64,000 bases of DNA. Source: Plasmodiophora brassicae (lineage: Eukaryota). Positions 1 to 11,200 of this stretch are shown here, piece by piece; position 1 is the first letter of the stretch; each line of letters starts with the position of its first letter. The stretch spans positions 744,001 to 808,000 of the forward strand of contig CP145412.1 in the NCBI GenBank assembly GCA_036867785.1. The letters are read 5' to 3'. Position numbers and translations under genes: made by a program. Below the pieces are notes generated by a model that ran no database searches, was not told the origin of the DNA, and saw only the letters and a program-made list of their open reading frames with translations.

Positions 1-367
1 TCAAACCGGGCGGCTCCTGGGCGAACAATATCTTCTGGACAGGCAGCTGGACTGGACGCACCACCCGACACGTTCCGCATCGTATACACACACAGTCACA
101 GCAGCTGCGATCTAGAATCGTGCCTGGCCCGGCGCAGCCCCTCTGGAAACCCGCTCCAGAATTCCGGTAGGGGCGACGTTAGGGGTTGCACCACTTGCGC
201 CGCGTACATTTTATATATGGCGGGCGCCCTAGTATTGCGCCGGTCCGGGGCATGCGTGGCGGAGTCCGTGAGGCTGACCAGCCCCTCTCACCGTTTTGTT
301 CGTTGCCCGTTGCCGTCACCTGCGTGTGCTCGTGTGATCTCTGCGACACAGTCGGATCGCTTCCAGA

Positions 368-1120
368 ATGGCGGGCACTAACATCAGCAAGAAGCGTAAA
401 TTCGTGGCCGACGGCGTGTTCTACGCCGAGCTGAACAACTTCCTCATGGAGGAGCTCGCCGAGGACGGCTACGCCGGCGTCGACGTCCGTGTCACGCCCG
501 TGCGTACCCAGGTCGTCATCCGTGCGACCCGCACGCAGAGCGTGCTCGGTGAGAAGGGCCGCCGCATTCGCGAGCTGACGGCGCTGGTCCAGAAGCGCCA
601 CAACTTCCCGACGGGCAACGTCGAGCTGTTCGCCGCACGCGTTGAGAACCGCGCCCTGTGCGCCATCGCCCAGGCGGAATCGCTGCGCTACAAGCTGCTG
701 GGTGGCCTGGCCGTTCGTCGTGCCTGCTACGGTGTCCTGCGGTACATCATGGAGAATGGCGCCAAGGGCGTCGAGATCATCGTTGCCGGCAAGCTTCGTG
801 CCGCCCGAGCAAAGGTCATGAAGTTCAAGGACGGGTACATGGTGAAGACCGGTGACGCCGTCAACAAGTTCGTCGACCGCGCCGTCACCAACATCGACCT
901 GAAGCAGGGCGTGCTCGGCATTCACGTCTCGATCATGCTTCCTACCGACGTCAAGGGCGCAACGAAGACCACGCCGCGGTCGCTGCCGGACGTCGTCATC
1001 GTCCCCGAACCGAAGCCTGAGGTCGTCGTTCAGGCCCTGCCGGCACACGCCGCCGGTGAGCCTACGGTCCCGCACGCTGCTGTTCCCCAGCAGGAACCCA
1101 TTGGCGTTCCCGCATTCTAG
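368..1120 (+). CDS. RPS3: 40S ribosomal protein S3 (uS3)
   Basis: Uninterrupted ORF with [58 protein letters not shown]. Confidence 0.98.
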   Translation: MAGTNISKKRKFVADGVFYAELNNFLMEELAEDGYAGVDVRVTPVRTQVVIRATRTQSVLGEKGRRIRELTALVQKRHNFPTGNVELFAARVENRALCAIAQAESLRYKLLGGLAVRRACYGVLRYIMENGAKGVEIIVAGKLRAARAKVMKFKDGYMVKTGDAVNKFVDRAVTNIDLKQGVLGIHVSIMLPTDVKGATKTTPRSLPDVVIVPEPKPEVVVQALPAHAAGEPTVPHAAVPQQEPIGVPAF

Positions 1121-1405
1121 ATTGCATTGCACAAGACCCTTCACAGTCACCACAACAAATACATCACTTTCTACGAATTGTAGTCTACCGCTGATGACTT
1201 GGCTGGCGCGCCCTCCCAAATGGCCTCCGTCTTCGAGATTTCAGGCATCCAGCTCGTTGGAAACGATCGTTCGTCGCATGGGTCCTCGATGGCAAACGAA
1301 AGCACGCAGTGCTCAGTCGTCGATGTGGGCAACAATGTGGACCGTTATATTAGGCAATAGGTGATTGGGATGAGCGGGCGCCTGCATGCCGGACCATGGG
1401 CTGGT

Positions 1406-2740
1406 TTATGGTTCGTCGAACACGCCGTTGAATACGCCAGGCCAGCGGCCACCTGGAGCTTCACAGTTGCCGGTCGCCTGGCAATTCGCGAAGCACTCCT
1501 CCGCTGAGACGAACTTGTGCCCTGGGTAGGCCTGCACGAGCCAGTCAAAGATGCCATGCGACCCGGGCGTCGTGTAGGTCGCGTCGCGAAAGTCAATCAT
1601 CATGGAGGCGCCCGGGCCCAGCGCCCGATACGCCTTCGAAATCGCGGCTTCAATCTCGGGCAACGTCGCTCCCGTCCAGTCCATCGAGTCGACTGTCCAC
1701 GACGCGATCGTGTACCCTATTGAGTTCACGTACAGGGCCTGCGAGTGAAACAGGTCGCCATACGGTGGACGGAACATGGTCAGCAGCGGATCCAGGCCGC
1801 AATGCGACGTCAAATACTCAGCCACGCCGTTAATCTCAGCAGCCATCGCATCGGCGCCCATCGTCGCCATCTTGAAGTCGGTATGGGTCAGCGAGTCTGA
1901 CACCACCACATCAGTAGGAGGCCCCGACAACGAAGACGATGATAACCGTACGGCTCTGGATCGTGTGGCCTGCATCGATGACGCGCTTCAGTTGCGAGCA
2001 GAACGTCACGACGTCGCCATGGTGGCACAATGGGCAGATGAAGAACGTGGCCGGGACATTGAGGCGGTTCAGGTCGCTCAGCAGGTACGTCAGCTGCGGT
2101 TCCAGGAACGCCGAATCGTCGAAAGTGACGGAAATCCAGGGGACCGGCCCACACCAGTTGAAGACAGACACATCACCAACCGTGGCGGGAGCGCGCAGGC
2201 CATTGCTCGTCGTGCACAGCGACCGTTCGTTGCAGTAGTCGGACGTCGATCCACACCTGAGGGCCGTTGGAATAGGGACGCTCACGCGCAGGCAGCATGT
2301 GTTTACCATCCGTCGCTGGAGCAGCATTGTCCAGGAGGGCAAGCAGCGTTATGAACGGCAGGGCCGCACCGGTTATCAGCACGAGGGGCACCCGTGCACG
2401 TAGACGCCGCTGGCATCAGGTGTTGGCCAGGATCAACGTTCTGGCAGATCGATAGGTCGTGGCAATAGCCGGGCCCCGTTCCACACCTGCCGATATGCCT
2501 TTGGTCAGACGCGCTGCCTGTCTGCGAGTGAGAGTAAATGCAGTGGACGTACCACCCGTACTGAGAGCAGCAGGACCCAGGAGCGCATCCAGCATCACCG
2601 GCCGCAGGTCCACACTTGTTATCAGGACGAGGATCGCCATGGCACAGATCCGCAGCAACGACAATCGTTGCCGTTGACAGTAGCATCATCACGGTCGCCA
2701 CGGTACCAGTCGCCGCTGACAACGCCCCGGCCGACCCCAT
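1406..2740 (-). CDS. Secreted chitin/polysaccharide deacetylase-like protein (2x CBM18 + CE4/NodB), about 3 introns
   Basis: Hydrophobic N-terminus; two hevein-like modules (CGP..C..G.CCS..GWCG....YC); CE4 motifs TFDD, HSLTH (formed across an intron), FRPPYG, DSMDW. Confidence 0.9.
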
Positions 2741-3721
2741 TCGCAGTCGCAGAACGCTTGGTACTTCCCTCGTCCGCGCGACACACTAGTTTGCAGAATG
2801 AGCATCCTCCGACGACCCAGTGGGAGAGTCGGAGGCGAGGTGGCACGTGTACCCCCAAACGTTACTCTGGCTTGAGGACCGCGCGGCAGAACTTGTGGAC
2901 GAAATACGCCTGTTCTCCCTTAGGGGTCGCATCTGGGCGATCCCCCGTAAATGTCGGCAAGGACAGTACGGGACTAGGAGACGATTCGCATCGACGTGCT
3001 CGTTTGGGTACAGTATTCAGTATTGGCGCGCTGGACCGGACCGTCACTGGGAACGACGATGCTGACTTGCTGTGCAGCGTCTGCAACACCGTCATTCGCT
3101 GGCTAGAGACCATGAATGTTTCACCTGATATTTGCTAGACTTGCCCCCCGACGACGCCGCTCAATGAGACCATTGACGTGCGGTCGATAACGAAGCTCAT
3201 GCGCGACGCATACTCTCCAACTGGGTGCCGAATCTGCAGTGGAGTTCTTTGAGCCGGTCCTGGCCCGTCTTCGTTCCTTGTTGCTCGCCTGAGTAAGGTC
3301 AGGCTGGATGTCTTTCGCTCGACTTGCCATATTATGTTGAAGGCCGAAACGGAGCCACCTTGCAGGGCACGGAATCGTAGATTTGTTTGGTTCGGTGTCG
3401 GTTTAGCTTGGTTCGCAGGTCCTCGGTTTTAGTACAGTTCAGATTTGTAGGTCTCGTGGCCGTTTAGTTTAGTTTGGTTTGGTTCGCTCCCTTAAACAAC
3501 CGGTTCAAACTAAACCAACACCTACCGGGCGATCTTCAGTCCCGCCAACTACAATATCGTCTGCGGCCGATCCCGGTCGGACTCGCTGAAACGGCGGACC
3601 CGGCCGGCGGTTCCGCGTCGCAGGTCGACCGAGACGACACTGGCGGACTGCGAAGCTTGCAGCTGCACTGCAGTTCCGTGTCGCGGGCCGGCGAGCAGGC
3701 GCCCGTGTAGCCGCCGCCGCG

Positions 3722-5254
3722 ATGATATCGTTTGCCGCGTTGCGCGATGGCGACTGGCCAATGCCGCCTGACGATGCGATCGCGTTCGTGGCTGGAATGC
3801 TGCCCGACCGGGAACTTCGCGAGCGTGTCAGACTGGCGCTGGAGCAGGGTGGGTGGTTGGTTCCCTGGCGGTGCTGCGATGGCCGTGTTGCTGAGCGGCG
3901 ATTGTTGCGATAGAGTTCCATGGGCGGCCGAAAGTCGAGTTGTTTGACTGCGCACAGGTCCTTCTGTCGTCTGGGGCGCTGCGTTTCGACGTAAAATGGT
4001 TCCAGAGTGAATCGGAGATCGAAGGTGCTTCGCTCGCTGTAATTCGTACTTCGGTATCGTGCTGACGTGGCCTGTCTTCAGTTGTTTTTGATGTACCCGA
4101 GGAGATATCGTCCAAGGCGATCAAAATCGTGGCCGCGCCCCAGCGCATCACCGTTGCCCTGTTCGGCGTCACTGTCCTGGACGATGTCACCTATGATGCG
4201 ATCGATAAGAGCGAAACCAGCTGGACGATCGAGCGCGATTTGTCACGAGGCACGCAGCTGAAGCTAAGCCTTGTCAAGGCGGGTCGTGCTGCATGGTGGA
4301 TGAGTCTGTTGAACGATGACACGGATGGGCGCGTCCCCGAATGCGAGGATCGGATGAACCCGGATCTGGCCTATTCGATCGCATCGCACCTGGAAGGACA
4401 GGGTGATGTACGCCTTGCGTTCAAGTACTATAAGGCGGCCGCTGATGGGCGGCATGCCCTCAGTGCGAGCTGGGTTGGCAACCTGTACATCGATGGTAAC
4501 GCCGATGCCGGCATCCCTGCTGATACGGAGAAGGCGCTTCAGTACTTGACGATCGCCGCCGAGGAAGGCAATATCGAGGCCATGTACCAGATAGGGCATG
4601 CCTTCCATTACGGTGTTGGTACGTTGTCTCTGGTGAACGCTTGCCTGATGCTGTATCTGATCCTCCGGCCCTGGCAGGATCGCCTCCTGATTTCGATCGT
4701 GCCGCCTTCTGGTATAAGATGGCCGCTGAACGTGGGAACCACATGCGTTCGATGTACCAGCTGGGGCATTTGTACCACCGGTTCGATGGGAGAGTGTCCG
4801 ACCATGGTGCAGCGGCGAGCTGGTGGGAGCGTGCCGCATCCTTCGGTGCGTCCTGGTCACATCCTCGACCTGGACTGCCCAGGGGCCTGATTGGTTGTCA
4901 ACAGGGTTCCCTGATGCGTGCTTCAACCTCGGCTTGTATTACCTGAACGGCGTTGGTGTCCAGTCTGTCGATGTGGGCCGGGCCATCGATCTCCTCTCCA
5001 AAGCTGTGGCTGCACAGCCGTCATTCAACGAATTGCTGGTTCACAACGGTATCGACCTGGAGGCGCTATCTGCTGAGCATCAAGCGGCTCGCGCTGAGCG
5101 CCGACGAGCCAGGCGTCGGCGCCGAACACGCTCTGCAGCAATGTCCTGGGTGCCCTGGGTTGTAACTGGCTTCGGGATGGCGGTCGTTGCTGCGATTTCC
5201 TGGAAATGGTCTAAGGCGAAGGCCGCCTCGAATCAAATTCGACAGCGTCCGTAA
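3722..5254 (+). CDS. CS (p23/NudC-like) domain + SEL1 repeats + C-terminal transmembrane anchor, multi-exon
   Basis: Spliced reading KWFQSESEIEVVFDVP...SETSWTIE...LSLVK...WW matches the CS pattern; SEL1 repeats (EAMYQIGHAFHYG, DACFNLGLYYLNGVGV); terminal WVPWVVTGFGMAVVAAISWKW. Start codon tentative. Confidence 0.75.
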
Positions 5255-5400
5255 ACATTATGTGGCATTCACTCTTCTCGTCCGCCGTTGTCAGCAACCC
5301 ATGAGCCATTGTTGTGCTTCGTACCTGGTCTGGGAGTAACTGTTGTACGGAACAGTGTGCCCCGTCCCAGTTGTGGGTCCCGCCCTTTGTAATCTGAGTC

Positions 5401-7637
5401 ATGGTCCTGTTCTGGCTTCTCGTCCAGGCGACGGTGGCCGCTGACGCTGATGTGTCTCCGCTGACGAACATTGTCCGTTCGTCACGATTCTCGATTCCGG
5501 CGATCGTTTGACGATCCGCAGGGTTATGTCGGACGTGGGTACAATCAGTTCCTGGGCAACCCGCACGCCTCCGTTGTCGATCCTGGGTTCCGAGGTTCAG
5601 ACGCTCGCGATATCCACGTGCTGCCGATGTTCTTACTGGCGTCGTCGTTCCTAACCACAGCGTCTGTGTTCGATGTATCACAGTACGGAAGCGGGCGAGT
5701 GACTGCTGATCGCCGATTCCAAACCCCGGACGGTACCGTTAGGGACGCTCTCGCCGCGTATGATGAGGCGCTGATACCTTGGGGCAGGTGTCGATGCTTA
5801 TCCAGCATTGTCCTGCGACTCCCAGTTCTTCTCCACTGAAATCACGGATGCAAACGCATTCACGACTGTTCGTGCAAGTCACGTTCTACACTGCCAGGCT
5901 CTGACATGGTCTACGATAGGCTCTGAGGGCGTCCGTTGCTGGCGATATGAAGATGGCGCCATTTTCTGGCAACGTCGAGTACCGAAAGATCCGGGAAAGG
6001 TCTGTCCTCATCGGCGGCTGACGGTTGGCGGTTGCCGATTCCACTGCATAATGCACCGTACAGGACGACGTTGGCGCGTTCCGTCTTTATCGAATCGACG
6101 TCGACCTGTGAGGTGTACGTGGCCCGAATCCGCATGTTCGACCCGCCTGCCCTGGCAGGCGAATTCGTTACAGCCGTTCGGGGCCTGCCACCTCAGTATT
6201 CCAATGAGACGCTGCAGGAGTACAACAGCTTCCTGGTTAGGGTTCCAAGTCGACGGGGCGACACGGTTCGGTGCACCCCTCTGACGTCCCGTGTTGGTAG
6301 AACTACTTTGGTACCCATGTCGTCGTCAATATCGCGCTCGGCGCCCGACTCGGTGTTCTTCATGAGTTCGATGCGGTTCAGTTTGCAAGAGTACGTTAGG
6401 TCGTTGTGCGTCTAGTCAGTGGGCAGGGTTCAACCCCTACTCAGATGCTTGGCGAGGGCGTCAAAGTCAAGGTGGCCGCCAATGCCAATTCCGGGTTCGT
6501 GTTTGGGCAGGTGGGTCTGGGGACGACGTTCGACCACCAGCAGAGCGACGCCTTCCAGCGGCAACGGCTGTCCGTCTCGACGTTCACAACGGGGACGAGA
6601 TTGCCACCGAATGCCGACCCCGACCTATGGCTCCAGTCCGCGATCGACGACCCTGGTCGGCATTGTCGATCTGATTGATCCCTGGCGGCCACGTGACATG
6701 TTGAACGTTTGCCTGGGCAGTTCCCGTTCGGTACACCCTGGTGCCGATCGCTGAATTCGTCGGCGACGCGCTTCGTGGCGAAGTTGACCGGGCGGTCGCG
6801 ACGCTGTGCAACGTAACCTGCCGCGCATCGATACGGTTGCGATCGCTGACCCTAAAGCCCGCTGTGCCTGCCTATGTACCTAGTACGTTCCCGGGGCGCG
6901 ATGCACCGAACCGGAGCGGATCGCGCCGCCGGCCCCGCTCTGCCCTGAGACGGTCTACTTCGACCGGTGGCAGCCTGTCAACCCGTGCACCTGGGGGATG
7001 TCGCCCATCCAGACGCACAGCCCGAAGCTGCTCTGCGCCGCAGACGAGGCTCTTGTCTGTCGTCGCGCCGTTCACTGACGCTGTTCGTGACGCTCACCGA
7101 CCATCGTATAGGCCGCCGTACGTCTGTCTCATTCCATGGGCAGTCTTCGCTTCGGTACGCGCTGCATGCAGGGTGCCCACCGCCCCCCGCCCGTCGGTTC
7201 CGTTCTGACTACCGGGTGTGTGTGTGTCAGATATCGGCTGTGCTGCTCATCGCACGATCGGGATGGACTTCGTGGACTGGACCGCACCGCAGCGGGTCCT
7301 GCGCGCGCATCGTCGCAATGCAACGCTGTCGGTGACGTGTCCGGACAACACGTTCGCGGCAGGATTGGGGTTCTGGCGCTACTGTCTAACAAGCAGCCGC
7401 CGCTCGCTCGTCGGCCTTCAGTGCCGGCAGTCGCGCCTGCCTCTGGGCTCGTGCGCGCACACGCCATGGCGTACCGGCATCCAGGCGCTACCGTCGTGGG
7501 CGGAGGCGTCCTGTCCCGGCAACGCCGTCCTGTCCGGGTTGGAGATCCACGGCGACTGGCGTGGCTGGACAACGCTGAACCTGCGCCTGCGCTGCTGCGT
7601 CGTGTCCGACACCTGCGTCGACACAGCGTCCACCTAG
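5401..7637 (+). CDS. Secreted MACPF/perforin-like protein, many small exons
   Basis: Signal-like MVLFWLLVQATVAA; GYVGRGYNQFLGNPH..VDPGFR; EFVTAVRGLP..Y......YNSFL..FGTHVV..IALGAR; Cys-rich C-terminus ending at the stop at 7637. Confidence 0.8.
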
Positions 7638-8265
7638 TGGCGACTGATACATGTCCCCAATCAGTACACGCGTCGTTGTAGTTTTAATCGGGTGGCAGGT
7701 CGTGAATGCCACCAGTACAGGGCAACACGTGTTTTAAAACGCAATGGCGCCGCTTGGAATCGAATTCAAGCACAGCCGCCAACAGGACCGTGCCCGTATC
7801 GCTGTCCATCGATTCGGATGCATGTCGAACACTGTCCACCGTGAGAGGTGGGTTGCATCATCCACGGTTGGCAAGAGACATGGGGGTGAGGATTGTGGTG
7901 GCTGTTTAAGGCAAGCGGTAACGGGGCGGGGGCGGCATTCCAGTGAACGAGGTCGAGGTCACATCTTGGTCATCGACTGGAGGATGTGGTCCCCGACAGC
8001 GCACCCAGTTTTGGGGTACTGGACAAGTTCCAGATCGTCTTCACAAACGCCAGTGCCGTCGCTATCATCGTCGTCATCACTTTTCATGGAATACACACAC
8101 ACAGGATGTTACAATTGGGTATATGTATTGGTAGAACTCAACGATCGGGCCCTCCACTAAACATTACACTTTCGAACGACTGCGTCATTCTGCGTAATGG
8201 ATGTCAGAACACTGCAATCCTGAATTTGCAACGCAACTGTGTCGCAAACAGGGGAGACATGCAGG

Positions 8266-11200
8266 CTATCGGAAGATGTCGGCCAGAACAGCTTCATCAA
8301 ACACTTCGGGTGCGATGCCTTTCTGGTCCTGGTCGCCCAGCGCGCGTCGTCGCTCCTGAATGGCGCTGATGTGTTCCTCAACGGTGGAGGACGATATGAA
8401 TCGGATGACCTCGGTCGGCGCTTTCTGCCCAATTCGATGGATACGATTGATGGCCTGATCCTCAATGTTGGGGTTCAGGTTTGGTTCCATGATGAAGGCG
8501 TACCGGGCAGCGACCATGGTCAGACCAGACGCACCAGCCGCCATCGGAATCAAGAACACGGTGACGGCATCATCGTGGACGAATTGCTCGACACACCGCG
8601 CCTTTCGCTGGGCATCGCCACGAAGCTGACCGCACACGATGTCATGCTCGATTAGGGCGTCCCGGATCACGTCGAGCAGATCGGTCCACTGCGAGAAGAC
8701 CAGACTCTTGGCCAGACGGTCCTGATTGCGAATGTTGATCAGGTGCGTCAGCAGGCTATTGATCTTGGCGCCGTAATCGGATTTCAGGCGAACGGTAGGC
8801 AACGCGGGGACCGACTCAGGCAGCGGCACCTGGCTTGGCACTGACTCCGGCGTGTCTTCGACGACCAGGCAGTCGCTGAACGTGAACCGGTTCCGGCAAC
8901 GCAACGGACACTGGCTCGCTCGAGAGCGCTCCATGTAGCTGGATAGGCATGACGAGCAGAAGATGTGCCCGCATGGCGTCACGACGGGCACCATCGTTTC
9001 GCCACGACAGATCGGGCAGATGTCGTCATCCGGGTTCGCGTTATCGCCTTCGATAGTTGCCGAGGGCACGCCCACGTCGAACCGCTGCGAGATGTACCGG
9101 AACTCGTGGCGTCGTGTTTCGTGCTCAGCAGCAGCGCGACGAACCTCAGCTTCGGCACGCTGGATGTCGATTGTTGCCAACCGCGGAGGGGTGCGCTTCG
9201 CTCGCGCATCCTCAAACGTCTTCTCTTGCGCGTTGAACTCGCGACGATACGCGTTCGGCAGCTCTTCACGAATCGCATAGCATCGCTCCCAGCACTGCAG
9301 CGCGATCGTGTCGTTCTCATCGCCGCCCGTGATCTGTTGCCGAATGAAGAGCAGCAGTCGCAGCGATGCGAACATGACCGAGAGCCACGACGAGCAACGA
9401 GCGTCAACCGGCGCAGGTTCTTGACCGATGACAACGCCAATCATGGCAAGGTTGCCCGTCAGCTTCGTCACCAGGTCGCTCGAATCGCCGTCCGACAGCT
9501 TCTCCAGGACGCGAACCAATCCGGATGTGATCGTCCCATGAAGTACAAGGCAGTCGGAGGTGACCGAATCGAGGCGAATGGCTTGCCGATTAGCACCCAG
9601 CGCCGCTCGTCTGAAGTTCTCCTCCGCGTCCTCACCGTCGTCTTCGATACCACCAATCTCTTCCCGCGAGCGGTCCATGGTCAGCAGACCGAACGTGGAG
9701 CGGCAGTCTTCCAGGATGGCCGCGATGTCGCCGGTGTCGTCTTCCGTCACAATCGATAAGTTTCGAAGATCAACCAGGCGTTCCAGGACGGAGACGCGAA
9801 GACCGATCAAATCGCGAAGAAGCGCCCGGCGACGTAACGGGATCCTGAGTTCGACTTCAAGGCGTCCCCGCATGCACGCCATGACCTGAGGCGTCTCCTT
9901 GATCGATTCGACAACGTCATCGTTCAGCAGAGCAACCCAGCTCGACAGCGCCGCGTCCGCTTCTCGAAGTCCAGCAATGGCGTCGTCGGTCTGGACGCCA
10001 GTCATCAGGCAGAACATGCAGCGCGTATAACGCGTTGCACAGCTGTCAAACGCACGTTCGAGAGCGACATCATCGTCGGTATCGATGCCGTTGATCGATG
10101 GATCGATATCGGCATCAGGTACAACGCTGGCCAGCAACGTGGCCAGCTGCTTGTCGGACAGGTCGATTGCTTGACTGAACAGCGAGTGTGCGTCCGCAAC
10201 CCGCCCGAGTGCTTCGAGAATGAAGGCACGACCGGTCAGCGACCGGATGTAGTCGATCTGTTCGCCAGTCGGCGCACCCGAACGATCCGCCAGGATCTTG
10301 CTCAGGACGCCTTCGGCGGTCTCGATCGCCGCTTTGGCAACCACTTGCGCTCGTTCGTCGTCCGTCCCCGACAGAGCCACCGCAGTGCCAAGGTTGTTCT
10401 GCGCTTTCACGTACAGGCGAAGGGCGACGTCCAGCTCCGTTTCCGCCTCACGACACATACGGGCCTTGATCTCAATAATAGGCAGGGCCACCGACGCCGC
10501 CGTCGCCTCAGCACGCCGCCCATCGTCGTACAGGAACGGGTAGCAGCAGATCTTACGAAGACGCAGCAGCAAATGGCGGAGGCGAGCACAACGCGTCTCC
10601 GCGCCCATCTTGGGCGCCATCATGATCGTCTTGCACTTGCGCATCAGCTTCGAGTACTTGATGTGCTCGACGTCCGACAGGGCCAACTTCACCGTTCGCA
10701 GCGACATTGGTGGGATGTCCAGTTCGTTTTCGACGGACGCCTTCCCGTGTCGGTACATAACGGTAGACAGGACGCGGCGCAGGCGCTCCATGCCATGAGC
10801 ACGATCGCGCTCAACAAGCCTGTCGAACCAGAAGCGCGACCCGAGTGGCCGATGACCGAGGAAACCGAGCAGCCCGGACAGGTCGCGCAGGCGACGACAG
10901 ATGGGCGTTCCCGTCATCACCCAGCGATGACGAGACTCCAAACGCATGGCCGAATCGGTCGTGGCCGACTCCGACGCAATTCGCTGCGCTTCGTCGAGAA
11001 CGACGCGCCACCAGCAGACGTCAAGGAGGGGCGTCGGGAGCGTGACGTTTCGGTCGCTGCGTGAGGCCCGTTCGGTACGATTCGATTCCTGGTATCGGCG
11101 TTGCAAGCGCACGACCTCGTACGTGGTCAGAACGATATCCGCATCAACGAGCAACGCGAGGTCCAGGTCGGGATCGTTGGCGAACAGCGTCAGCGTCCGC

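Noticed and set aside
2862-3330. Short minus-strand ORFs upstream of the deacetylase
   Set aside because: No recognisable motif or convincing splice structure
7700-8260. Short ORFs between MACPF and SHPRH
   Set aside because: No coding signature; likely UTR or intergenic
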